Origin: Phycisphaeraceae bacterium
GTDB lineage: Bacteria; Planctomycetota; Phycisphaerae; Phycisphaerales; Phycisphaeraceae
Assembly (NCBI GenBank): GCA_963674705.1
Contig: OY771506.1
Coordinates: forward strand, 1,152,001 to 1,216,000
Length of the DNA stretch: 64,000 bases
Reading direction: 5' to 3'
Shown here: positions 40,592 to 49,744 of the stretch, in pieces
How positions within the stretch are numbered: the stretch's first letter is position 1
Layout of the letters: each line of letters begins with the position of its first letter
Program-made: the position numbers and the translations under genes
Notes under the pieces: model-generated
The model's database searches: none
Seen by the model: the letters and a program-made list of their open reading frames with translations, nothing else
Told to the model about the DNA's origin: nothing

Positions 40592-42967
40592 TCAACGTAA
40601 TGGCAGGTCCAGGCTGAAGCTGACGATCTGAGTCTGGTCTCCATCCTCCTTCATGATCGGGGCCGCCACATCCAGGGCAAACGGCGCCGAGCCAAAGAAA
40701 GGCACTTTGATCCGCAGACCCGTGCCCACGGAGACGCGCCAGTCGTCCACGCTAGGTTCATCGGTGAGCGTGCCCATATCCGTGAAAAATACGCCACGGA
40801 GCACTTCGCTGTAGATCGGGTAGTTGTATTCCAGGCCAGTGGTCAGCAGCCATTCATCGCCGACCGCATCGTCGCCATATTGTCCGTTGTCGCTGCGGAT
40901 GCCGCGTTGGCCTACGCCACGGAATTCAAAACCGCGGAACGTGTTGTGACCGCCAAGGTACAGGCGTTCGAAGAACGGGGCCTCATCATCTTCAGGGATC
41001 CACGATGCGCCGATGCGCCAGCTCAGGACGGTGCGCCGGCCGAAGAAGTCTTCATCGACGGTCCAGAACTGCTTGAATTCGGAGCTGATCCTGGAGAAGT
41101 CGTAATCGCCGCCGATCAGGCCGACCCGTTCGACATTGAATTGCCATTGGTTACCGCGCGTCGGGAACAGCCGGCTGTCGGTGGTGTTGCGTACGAACCC
41201 GAAGCCGACCGCGGTCACATTGCTCTTGCCTTCGACCGCGTAGACATCGACCGGGGCGTCTTCTTCGATATCGGTGATATCAACGTTCGCGGTTCGTAGC
41301 GATGTGGATGCCGACCAGACGTCGCCGAAGCTGCGTCCGAACGAGAAGCTGGTGCCGAGGCGTTCTTCGTCGTAGGCGTTGTACTGGCGATTGTAGAGGA
41401 ACAGTGAAGTGCCGAACGAATAATCTGATTCCATGAGGTGTGGTTCGCGGAACGAGACGGAGTATCGGCTGACTTCACTACCGGGTTGCAGCGAGAGGGC
41501 GAATGACTGACCCGCGCCGCGAAAGGCCCGGCCGGTCAATAGCTCTTTAGGCGTCTGCGGCACGTCGGTGATATCAAAGTTGCGCTGATTCAGATCGATC
41601 GCACCGAGCAGGCCGGCGTCGGAACTCAGCCCCGCGCCGAAGCTGACCGAGCCGGTGGTGGCTTCTGTCACATCAATAAGCACGTCGCGTGAACCGTCGC
41701 GCGGTTCGCCGAGGATGGTGACTGTGCCCTCGCTGAACAGTCGGCCGTCGGTCAGTAAACGACGTGTCCGATCGACGCCGGTTGCGTCGAAGTTTCTGCC
41801 GGGGTCCATCCCGCGCAGTTCACGGAGCACGACCTTCTGACGCGTCAATTCGTTACCGGTGATGCTGACCTTGCCGACGACTGAGGGCAGGCCCTGATTG
41901 ATGCGCACGACCAGGTCGACCAGCGCATCGTTTTCGTGTGGCAAGGCGGTGATGCCGACGCGCACATCCAGGTAACCGAGTTGGCCCAGCAGGCTTTCGA
42001 TGTTCTCGGCTGATTTTCCGACTTGATCCTGCGAGAACACATCACCCGGCGAGAGCGTCATGTTCTGACGGATCTGTGCGTCCGGCAGCAGGCGATCATC
42101 ATCCTGATCCGGCGGTTCGATGCGGACTTCCGAGACCAGGTATCGCCGACCTTCTTCGACCAGGAACGTGACGACCGCGTTTTTTTCATCCGGCGACAGG
42201 TCGATACGTCGGCCGACCTGTGCATCGAGATAACCCCGCGCCTGGTAGAACTCGCGTACGCCTGCGGCATCCAACTCCAACTGCTCGCGGTTCAGGTCGC
42301 CCTTCTGCAAGATGAAGAAGTATTCCTTGCTGCGCAGTTTGCTCTTGAGTTGTTTCTTGGTGTAGCTGGTATTGCCTTCGAAGCGGATGCCCTTGATCTT
42401 GACGCGCGGGCCTTCACGGATGGTATAGACCAGGGCCTTGGATTCCTCCAGCAGCTCTTTATCAACGGAAACATCCGCGACGAAGTATCCCTTGTCATGG
42501 TAGGCGCTGACGATCCGGTCCAGGCCCTGCTGAATCAGGAACGGGTCGGAAGGATCGCCCGGCCTAAGCAGCACCATCTTCAGGATTTCGGCGTCATTGA
42601 TGGCCTTATTGCCGACGACTTGCACGTCGCTGAGCACGGGTTGCTCGGAGACGTCGAAGATGAGGATGACCGAGCCGTCGGGCCAGGGCTCGACGCGTGC
42701 GGTGATTTTGTCGAACCGGCCGAGGTGCGTCAGTCGGACGATATCGTTGGAGACGGTGCTTGAGTTGTAGGGTTGGCCGACCTCGGAGCGTAGCTGGTTG
42801 CGGACCAGTTGCTCGGAGACTTCTTTCAGGCCGTCGATGCGGATCTGGGCGATGGGCCGGTTTTCGGGATCGATACCCTGTGCGTTGGCTTGGCCGGCTG
42901 TTAGCACCAGGCTCAGGATCAGCCCCACAATGACCGTGATCTGCCGCGTGATGGTCGGATGATTCAT
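40592..42967 (-). CDS. bamA: Outer-membrane protein assembly factor BamA
   Basis: POTRA repeats (Y..KGY, I.F.GN), beta-barrel with PFFER.YLGG..TFRGF. Confidence 0.95.
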   Translation of the reverse strand: MNHPTITRQITVIVGLILSLVLTAGQANAQGIDPENRPIAQIRIDGLKEVSEQLVRNQLRSEVGQPYNSSTVSNDIVRLTHLGRFDKITARVEPWPDGSVILIFDVSEQPVLSDVQVVGNKAINDAEILKMVLLRPGDPSDPFLIQQGLDRIVSAYHDKGYFVADVSVDKELLEESKALVYTIREGPRVKIKGIRFEGNTSYTKKQLKSKLRSKEYFFILQKGDLNREQLELDAAGVREFYQARGYLDAQVGRRIDLSPDEKNAVVTFLVEEGRRYLVSEVRIEPPDQDDDRLLPDAQIRQNMTLSPGDVFSQDQVGKSAENIESLLGQLGYLDVRVGITALPHENDALVDLVVRINQGLPSVVGKVSITGNELTRQKVVLRELRGMDPGRNFDATGVDRTRRLLTDGRLFSEGTVTILGEPRDGSRDVLIDVTEATTGSVSFGAGLSSDAGLLGAIDLNQRNFDITDVPQTPKELLTGRAFRGAGQSFALSLQPGSEVSRYSVSFREPHLMESDYSFGTSLFLYNRQYNAYDEERLGTSFSFGRSFGDVWSASTSLRTANVDITDIEEDAPVDVYAVEGKSNVTAVGFGFVRNTTDSRLFPTRGNQWQFNVERVGLIGGDYDFSRISSEFKQFWTVDEDFFGRRTVLSWRIGASWIPEDDEAPFFERLYLGGHNTFRGFEFRGVGQRGIRSDNGQYGDDAVGDEWLLTTGLEYNYPIYSEVLRGVFFTDMGTLTDEPSVDDWRVSVGTGLRIKVPFFGSAPFALDVAAPIMKEDGDQTQIVSFSLDLPLR

Positions 42968-43099
42968 ATAGAAGACAGCCTGATCGTGTGCTACCTACCG
43001 GGTCAAAGCGAGAGTGTAATCGAAAGGACCCGGTTATGGCGAGCCAAGGCTGTCTATGGCAGTTGTCGGGGCTTACGCTTGTCCTGATCCGATAGATAC

Positions 43100-43128
43100 T
43101 TGCCGCTGAGGGATGCGGTCCCTAGACT
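43100..43128 (+). promoter_or_regulatory. Putative sigma70 promoter for pdhA
   Basis: TTGCCG (43100-43105), 17-nt spacer, TAGACT (43123-43128). Confidence 0.5.
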
Positions 43129-43366
43129 AATGAGCCTCAACAGGGATCGTTGAGGTGGGTGCGGGACTCCACCTAGCAGCGCCGTGACCTTTCCGGGCCC
43201 CAGGGCCGACCGCGACGAACCGGTGTTATCGGCCTGTGAAGCGCTTGCGTGCGTTTTGTCGATTATAAGCCAATAATAAAACTAAGGTTATCAATGTGTA
43301 CCGGGTGGCTGGGGTTGACGCTCGCCCAGGTTCGATAGCCGGAAGTCAAGAATCGAAGGACCCTCG

Positions 43367-44473
43367 ATGACCACCACCACTGAGGACAAGGTGATGCCCA
43401 TGGCCTCGGACCAGCTACCGACCGACAAACTGATGGACATGCTCTATCAGATGATGCTCATCCGCCGATTCGAAGAGCGGACGATGCAGGCGTACCAGCA
43501 GGCGAAGATCGGCGGGTTCTGCCACATCTACATCGGCCAGGAGGCCACCGCAGTCGGGGCGATCGCCGCCCTGAAGGATGACGACCCGGTGATCACCGCC
43601 TACCGCGATCACGGCCACGCCCTGGCACGCGGGATGCACCCCAACTACTGCATGGCGGAGATGTACGGCAAGATCACCGGTTGTGCCAAGGGTAAGGGCG
43701 GGTCGATGCATATGTTCGACAAGCCTCACCACATGTACGGCGGCCACGCGATCGTCGGCGGGCAGTGTCCGCTGGGTGTCGGGCTGGCGTTCGCTTCTCA
43801 GTATGAAAAGAAAGACAACGTCACGGTCTGCTTCTTCGGCGACGGTGCGATCAACCAGGGCGCGTTCCACGAAGCGATGAACCTCGCGGCGATCTGGAAC
43901 CTGCCGATCCTCTTTGTGGTTGAGAACAACGGCTACTCGATGGGTACCGCGATCAACCGCGGGACCGCTGCGGCCGACAATCTCGGCGCGAAGGCGGCGG
44001 CGTACGGCATGCGTTACGCCGAGTGCGACGGCATGGACGTGCTGGACACGTACAAAGTCTTCAAACGCGAAGCCGATGCGTCGCGAGGCAGCACGAGCAG
44101 CGCCCTCGGCCTTGAAGATGCCGGCGGAGGCCCCTGCTTCATCAACGCCAAGACCTACCGCTATCAAGGCCACTCCATGAGCGACCCGCAGAAGTACCGC
44201 TCGAAGGATGAGGTCAACGAGCGCAAGGAAAAAGACTGCATCAACACGCTGGTCAACTACCTGGTCGAAAACGATCTGGCGTCACAGGATCAGATCAACG
44301 AACTGGACAAGAAAGCCAAGGTCGCCTCACGCGACGCCATCACCTACGCCGAGCGATCTCCCGACCTGCCGATGTCCGAGATGTACACGGATATCTACGC
44401 CCAACCGTACGGCCCACCGTTCGTGAAGGGCGGACTGCCGAAGATGATCACGGATGGGAATTCGGGGGAGTAG
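43367..44473 (+). CDS. pdhA: Pyruvate dehydrogenase E1 alpha subunit
   Basis: IGGFCHIYIGQEA, YRDHGH, GKGGSMH, FGDGAINQG..N, TYRYQGHSMSDP. Confidence 0.96.
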   Translation: MTTTTEDKVMPMASDQLPTDKLMDMLYQMMLIRRFEERTMQAYQQAKIGGFCHIYIGQEATAVGAIAALKDDDPVITAYRDHGHALARGMHPNYCMAEMYGKITGCAKGKGGSMHMFDKPHHMYGGHAIVGGQCPLGVGLAFASQYEKKDNVTVCFFGDGAINQGAFHEAMNLAAIWNLPILFVVENNGYSMGTAINRGTAAADNLGAKAAAYGMRYAECDGMDVLDTYKVFKREADASRGSTSSALGLEDAGGGPCFINAKTYRYQGHSMSDPQKYRSKDEVNERKEKDCINTLVNYLVENDLASQDQINELDKKAKVASRDAITYAERSPDLPMSEMYTDIYAQPYGPPFVKGGLPKMITDGNSGE

Positions 44474-44511
44474 ATCGGGTATCGGGGTTCGGGTGTCGGG
44501 TATCGGGAAGA
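44474..44511. repeat. G-rich heptamer tract (left arm) starting at the first base after the pdhA stop
   Basis: ATCGGGT ATCGGGG TTCGGGT GTCGGGT ATCGGG AAGA. Confidence 0.9.
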
Positions 44512-44518
44512 TAACCGC

Positions 44519-44893
44519 ATGATGGATAACGATTCATACCGGGGTTTGGAGGTCTGGCAGGTTGCCATGGACCTCGTTGAAGAGGTTTACCGTGTAACAG
44601 CGTTGTTGCCGGAGGCCGAGAAATACGGACTAACTAGCCAATTACGAAGGGCGACTACATCCATACCCGCCAACATCGCAGAGGGTTACGGCCGATCACA
44701 CCGGGGTGATTACTTGCGCCACCTGTCGATCGCACGCGGTTCGCTAATGGAGATAGAGACTCACCTGATGATCGCGGTGAGGCTCAAACAACTGGAACGT
44801 GAGATGGCCATCCCTGCATGGCAACTCACTCAACGCGTCGGCCAGATGCTTACGAAACTCATCCAGGCCTTGAAACAAAGCGAACAGGGTTAA
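44519..44893 (+). CDS. Four-helix-bundle protein (23S rRNA IVP / Avd-like family)
   Basis: SYRGLEVWQ.AM.L...Y, P..EKYGLTSQLRRA..SIPANIAEG.GR, L.IARGSL.E.ET.L. Confidence 0.93.
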   Translation: MMDNDSYRGLEVWQVAMDLVEEVYRVTALLPEAEKYGLTSQLRRATTSIPANIAEGYGRSHRGDYLRHLSIARGSLMEIETHLMIAVRLKQLEREMAIPAWQLTQRVGQMLTKLIQALKQSEQG

Positions 44894-44900
44894 CACACCC

Positions 44901-44937
44901 TCTTCCGATACCCGACACCCGATACCCGAAACCCGAC
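44901..44937. repeat. C-rich heptamer tract (right arm) ending at the base before the pdhB ATG
   Basis: TCTT CCGATAC CCGACAC CCGATAC CCGAAAC CCGAC; complementary to 44474-44511. Confidence 0.9.
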
Positions 44938-45972
44938 ATGAGAACCATCCAATATAGAGAAGCCCTCCGTGAAGCCATGCAGGAAGAGATGCGGCGTGAT
45001 GACCGTGTGTTCCTGATGGGTGAAGAGGTGGCGCAATACAACGGTGCTTACAAGGTCAGCCAGGGGATGCTCGATGAATTCGGGCCTCGGCGTGTGGTTG
45101 ACTCGCCGATCAGTGAGACCGGATTCTCCGGGCTGGGCATCGGCGCGGCGATGTACGGGCTTCGGCCGATCATCGAGTTTATGAGCTGGTCGTTCTGCCT
45201 CGTCGCGGCCGACCAGATCATCAACAACGCGCCGAAGATGCTATACATGTCAGGTGGACAATTCGGCTGCCCCGCTGTCTTCCGCGGCAACAACGGCGCG
45301 GGCGGTCAGCTTGGGTCGACGCACTCGTGGTGTGTGGAGTCGATGTTCTCCAGTGTGCCGGGGTTGAAGGTGGCGATCCCTTCGACGCCGCGTGATGCCA
45401 AGGGTTTGTTGAAGACGGCTATCCGGGATGAAGACCCTGTGTTCAATCTCGAATCCGAACGCATGCTCGGTTTGGGCGCGCGTGGCGAGAAGGATTTTTC
45501 TCGGTATATCAAGGACAATTGGGCCCCGCCGACGGTTGAAGAGGATGAGGATTTTAAGATCCCGTTCGGTGTCGCGGACATCAAGAAGCCCGGCAAGGAC
45601 GTCACCATCGTCGCCGCCGGCCGGCCGGTGCACTTTGCATTAGAAGCTGCTGAAGAACTTGAGAAGCAAGGCATCGATTGCGAAGTCATTGACCCGCGTA
45701 CGTATCGGCCGCTCGACATCGACACGATTGTACGAAGCGTACGTAAGACGAACTACTGCGTCGTCGTCGATCAGAGTTGGCCATTTGCGAGCGTCGGCGC
45801 GGAGATCGCGGCGCAGGTATATGAAAACGCGCTCGATGATTTGGATAACAAGGTGATCCGCGTCAACAACGACGACATCCCCGCCCCCTACAACCGCACG
45901 ATGGAACAGGAGATGCTCCCGAACGCGAAGAAGATCGTGGAGGCGGTGAAAGCGGTGACGTATAACAACTGA
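44938..45972 (+). CDS. pdhB: Pyruvate dehydrogenase E1 beta subunit
   Basis: YREAL.EAM.EEM, GEEVAQYNGAYKVS, DSPISE, GLRPIIEFM, EVIDPRT.RPLD; start ATG 44938. Confidence 0.95.
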   Translation: MRTIQYREALREAMQEEMRRDDRVFLMGEEVAQYNGAYKVSQGMLDEFGPRRVVDSPISETGFSGLGIGAAMYGLRPIIEFMSWSFCLVAADQIINNAPKMLYMSGGQFGCPAVFRGNNGAGGQLGSTHSWCVESMFSSVPGLKVAIPSTPRDAKGLLKTAIRDEDPVFNLESERMLGLGARGEKDFSRYIKDNWAPPTVEEDEDFKIPFGVADIKKPGKDVTIVAAGRPVHFALEAAEELEKQGIDCEVIDPRTYRPLDIDTIVRSVRKTNYCVVVDQSWPFASVGAEIAAQVYENALDDLDNKVIRVNNDDIPAPYNRTMEQEMLPNAKKIVEAVKAVTYNN

Positions 45973-46065
45973 GCGCGTTACGTTCACACCTTATCCGAGC
46001 CGCGTCGCCCCCGATGCGGTCCGCCGTGGGGGCACGGCGGCTCAGTTATGTGATGTATTTTCCAC

Positions 46066-47370
46066 CTAATCACTCGGCCACAGTTTCTCCTGCAAGTCGC
46101 CGAAGGTGAACGTGATATCTGTGCCTTCCTCATTTTGCACACCCCGGGCACTTTTGCGTCTTCCCCCGTTGTCAACGGCGTCATAACCCGTGCTGTAAAC
46201 AATAGCGCCGTCACCTTCCAAACGGTAACACAGCGGTTGGTTGGTAAACGGATCATCCGGCAAGGCATCAATAAAAGCCGGGACAAGGTCTTGAAGGCGG
46301 GCCGGTAGTTGCCCGTGTGCCTGCCGGTACTGTTCCACGGCGATACCGACCAGGGTCACACGGCGGCGCGATTCATTCTCGAAGCAGTGTCTGTGTAATT
46401 CTGCAAACGCGTGAACGATGTGGCGTGAGATCCTGCAATACGCGGGCAATTGATCAGGCAGATTCAACGGTGTAGGTGAGGGCCAATAAGGGTCCTTGAT
46501 GTAGTCAGCCTGTGACTGCATCAGCTTGAGAAAGTAGCTTTTGTCAAAGTCCTCCAAACCCAGAAGTCGATGTATCAGGGTGCCTGCTTCAGATAGTTTG
46601 TGGCCAGAGGGAATTGTTCCGGGATTGTCAAAAGCGTTCATCCCGAAGCACCGCTCCCCCACCACCGCCCGTGCTATCACTGTCCACGTATCGATCGAAT
46701 CAATCACTTCGGCCAACCTCTTCAGCATACCCTTGCTCACACAACCACTAGCGACAACGACCTCGGCCTGTTCAAACATCATTTCGTAGATGGCGCGACC
46801 AGCCGAGTTGGATATGAGTATGGGTTCATTACGTAACGAATTGCCAAGTGCGATCCCAGTAAGGCAATCCTCGGCGGCGTGATCGTATTCACCACGCAAC
46901 GAATGCAAAACCGATTGCATCCTCAAGATGCGCGCCCCTTTCATTAAACAACCCAGGTGCGGCAACAGCAGAGCATACCCTTCTTCTACGTTGCCCGGGT
47001 AGCGGCAGCCTTCAATCTTTGCCGCGTCAGTCAACAGGGCAATCACATCGGTGAACTGTGCTAGATAAGACTCAAGCCGCTGAGTCGTGTCGTGATCAAA
47101 CGACTTGTCCGATCGGTATTGGCATACAGCGAGTTCAAGAGATTGGGTGTCGTCGGAATTCAAATTTTCGGGTATACCTTCGAAAGCCCGGCAATACACA
47201 TCGGCGGCGTTTTGGCCCTCTGGCTTGGTATACCAGTCGTTCAGTTCCGCCAGCGTGATCGGCAAGCCAGCTTCGCGTATGGCGGCAACATGCCGTTGCA
47301 ATAAGCAGCGCAGCACGAGCCCGTACACGACGAACAGAACGCTCAATGTCGCTACGATATAAAGGAACAT
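46066..47370 (-). CDS. Membrane-anchored hypothetical protein with GspG/pseudopilin-like C-terminal segment
   Basis: N-terminal TM; NAA..Y..AF; C-terminal AVEQYRQAHGQLPARLQDLVP..LPDDPF..YSTGYD..DNGG; AGGGGG SD before ATG 47370. Confidence 0.8.
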   Translation of the reverse strand: MFLYIVATLSVLFVVYGLVLRCLLQRHVAAIREAGLPITLAELNDWYTKPEGQNAADVYCRAFEGIPENLNSDDTQSLELAVCQYRSDKSFDHDTTQRLESYLAQFTDVIALLTDAAKIEGCRYPGNVEEGYALLLPHLGCLMKGARILRMQSVLHSLRGEYDHAAEDCLTGIALGNSLRNEPILISNSAGRAIYEMMFEQAEVVVASGCVSKGMLKRLAEVIDSIDTWTVIARAVVGERCFGMNAFDNPGTIPSGHKLSEAGTLIHRLLGLEDFDKSYFLKLMQSQADYIKDPYWPSPTPLNLPDQLPAYCRISRHIVHAFAELHRHCFENESRRRVTLVGIAVEQYRQAHGQLPARLQDLVPAFIDALPDDPFTNQPLCYRLEGDGAIVYSTGYDAVDNGGRRKSARGVQNEEGTDITFTFGDLQEKLWPSD

Positions 47371-47477
47371 ACGGCCCCCTTTAACATGTGTATTCCGCAA
47401 ACGCCCAGCACCATTCGTGTCTGGTCATATTGCCGTTGCATACGCGACGCCGCCTCTTGCTGATCCGGCGGCGATGT

Positions 47478-48431
47478 TCAGAGCAATACCACGTCCGGGT
47501 CAACCATCTCGTCGCGTCCGGCGGTTTTGGCCGCGGTGCGGTAGCCTTGGCGCAGGGAGCCGTGCGACCATAGGCCGTCCGGGGCGAGAACGATCAGGCC
47601 GATCTGGTGCTCCTCTTTTAAGACGTAGGCCTCGGCGGCGCGTTGCAGGACGGCTTGAACGGCTTGCCGGGGTGTGCCGCCGCGTCTTAGTTCTTCGACG
47701 GCCAGAAAAGAAGCGTTGATGCCCATGATCAGTTCGCCCGTGCCGGTGGCGACGGCGGCACCGTGTTTGGGGTCGACGTACAGGCCGTGGCCGATAATGG
47801 GTGAGTCACCGACGCGGCCGGGGCGTTTGAAGGCGAGGCCGCTGGTGGTGCAGGCACCGGCGAGCGTACCGCTTTGTTCGAGCGCAAGGCAACCGATGGT
47901 GTCGTGATGGCGGTTGTGCGGCAGCGATTCGCCGCCGTCCGCGGCAGGCGGCGGTAAACTCGATTCTTCAAAGTTGGATGCCTGTGTGTGCAGGCGTTGA
48001 CGCGCCTCGTCGGGGTGTTCGGCGAGCCACTTCTGATAAGCCTGACGCGCGCGATCTGTGAGCAACTCGGTTGGTTTCAGGCCGTGCATCGCGGCGAGGC
48101 GTTCAGCGCCTTCACCGACGAGCATGACGTGGCTGGTGTGTTCCATGACGAGGCGGGCGATGGTGACGGGATTTTTGTAGCGTTTGACAGCGGCGACCGA
48201 CCCGCAGCGATCGGGGCCGAGCATAATCGACGCGTCAAGTGAGACTTCGCCCGCGGCATCGGGGAAACCACCGAATCCGACAGTGGTGACGGCCGGGTCG
48301 TCCTCCGCGGTGCGACACGCTTGTTCCACAGCATCGAGCGCGCCTATTTTCGGATCAATCAGTATCGGCCAAGCGATATGGTTGGCGCGCTGTCCGAAGG
48401 ACCATGTGCTCAGGAGGATAGGCTGCGGCAT
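47478..48431 (-). CDS. N(4)-(beta-N-acetylglucosaminyl)-L-asparaginase / Ntn-hydrolase (asparaginase_2 family)
   Basis: STWSFG, VGFGG.PD..G.V.LDASIM, HD/TIG autoproteolysis site, GRVGDSPIIG, ATGTGE. Confidence 0.9.
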   Translation of the reverse strand: MPQPILLSTWSFGQRANHIAWPILIDPKIGALDAVEQACRTAEDDPAVTTVGFGGFPDAAGEVSLDASIMLGPDRCGSVAAVKRYKNPVTIARLVMEHTSHVMLVGEGAERLAAMHGLKPTELLTDRARQAYQKWLAEHPDEARQRLHTQASNFEESSLPPPAADGGESLPHNRHHDTIGCLALEQSGTLAGACTTSGLAFKRPGRVGDSPIIGHGLYVDPKHGAAVATGTGELIMGINASFLAVEELRRGGTPRQAVQAVLQRAAEAYVLKEEHQIGLIVLAPDGLWSHGSLRQGYRTAAKTAGRDEMVDPDVVLL

Positions 48432-48485
48432 CGAGGCATTATCTGGGGCGCAGATGCCGATGCAAAATTTGGTGATGTTTCGCAA

Positions 48486-49439
48486 TCAAGCGGGGCTGAG
48501 GTCTCCCAGCGCGTGTGGGAACCGACCTTGGGCGCGGCGGGTCTGTTCGTTGATCACGCGGTTGCGTGTGTCAAGGATTCTGTTTCTGTATTTGTTGGCA
48601 AGGCGCATGATGACGGGGTTGTTGCTGTCGCGTGTATTCAGTTCGAGATACCACGCGGGCACATTGGCGCTATCAATGCGTAGTGTGTCTTTGAGTTGTG
48701 TCAGGTTCTGGTCTGTCAGTTGGCCACTGGCCAGAAGCCGCTCCGCCAGATTGCGGGCGTCTTCGCGGATGCGGAATGACGTGTAGGCCGAGATGAGTGT
48801 GGGCTCCTGATAGATGGCATCGGCGATACACATGATCTGGCCTACGCGTTGGCAGGCCTCGGCAGTACGGTTGCGGTCGAGTTCGGATAAAGCCGCCATG
48901 CACAGCAAACGAGCGGCGATCCGCATGTTCTGGTGGTGGTACGAAAGGTAAGGCTCGCCGTTGTCGCAGATACAGACATCGAACCGGCACTGTTTGATGC
49001 CGGTGGCCTGCTCGATCAACGTAAGTGATTCGCTGTTTTGGTTAATCAGCTCGAGGATGCGTTTGGCTTGAGAGCGTGAAAGCTGATTGGGCAGATCAGG
49101 CAGATAGTCGTTCATGATCAGTTCGAAGTTCCGGCCGTCTTCGTCTTCCTGGTATTCCCGGAAAGCGCGCACGTAGATGTTCGCGGCGTTGGGTCCCTCC
49201 ACGGCGGGGTACCAGGTATCGAGCCGTTGCCAAGTCAGTTGATGTTCCGGGTAGCCGAAGTCGCTGTGTTGAGCCAGCGGGTTGTAGCCAGTAAAGATCA
49301 GGCACGCGATGAAACCAGCGGCGATGGAGCAAACGAACAACGAAACGAAACCGGTGCAGCATGGACCGGATAGCGGAAGAGGATCAGTATGGTCCGATCG
49401 GAATTTGCGTTTGATCCCAGACAAGCAAATCTGTGGCAT
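48486..49439 (-). CDS. Hypothetical protein, shortened paralog of 46066-47370 (possibly degenerate)
   Basis: Shared WY...EG.NAA..Y.RAF, I..CR, AR.L, EP.LIS and G..P..L.DL.PA segments; lacks the C-terminal DPF..YS.G part. Confidence 0.65.
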   Translation of the reverse strand: MPQICLSGIKRKFRSDHTDPLPLSGPCCTGFVSLFVCSIAAGFIACLIFTGYNPLAQHSDFGYPEHQLTWQRLDTWYPAVEGPNAANIYVRAFREYQEDEDGRNFELIMNDYLPDLPNQLSRSQAKRILELINQNSESLTLIEQATGIKQCRFDVCICDNGEPYLSYHHQNMRIAARLLCMAALSELDRNRTAEACQRVGQIMCIADAIYQEPTLISAYTSFRIREDARNLAERLLASGQLTDQNLTQLKDTLRIDSANVPAWYLELNTRDSNNPVIMRLANKYRNRILDTRNRVINEQTRRAQGRFPHALGDLSPA

Positions 49440-49744
49440 GACACACCCCCTGGCGACGAAAGATCGGGACAGGCGACTCCGGTTTTATTTTTGGACCCCC
49501 AATACCCCCGGGCGGTTCCACCTAATGGGTCGTCCAGCCAATCATTAGGCCCTTCTATCCTGATAGACGCAGCCAAACAGATTTTTGACTTGCCGATTTG
49601 CAGGAAATGTTAGAAATCATGAGATTGGCTGTGAATCCTCGCTCGGGTCAACGTGCCGGAGGGGGATTCTTCGGCTACGATATGGCGACTGGGCGGATGC
49701 CCAAACTCTAATAATAAACCCCCAACGCACAGGAGCCCCACCGG

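Noticed and set aside
44519..44893. Diversity-generating retroelement, since the protein is Avd-like
   Set aside because: No reverse transcriptase in the window and no TR/VR pair with adenine-specific mismatches was seen; differences in the PEP-CTERM shared blocks are mostly synonymous and not A-restricted.
44818..44937. N-terminal extensions in the ORF track for pdhB, the epimerase (36215-36292), der (61443-61520) and trpD (63899-63970)
   Set aside because: They read through repeat tracts or neighbouring genes; family homology begins at the downstream ATG.
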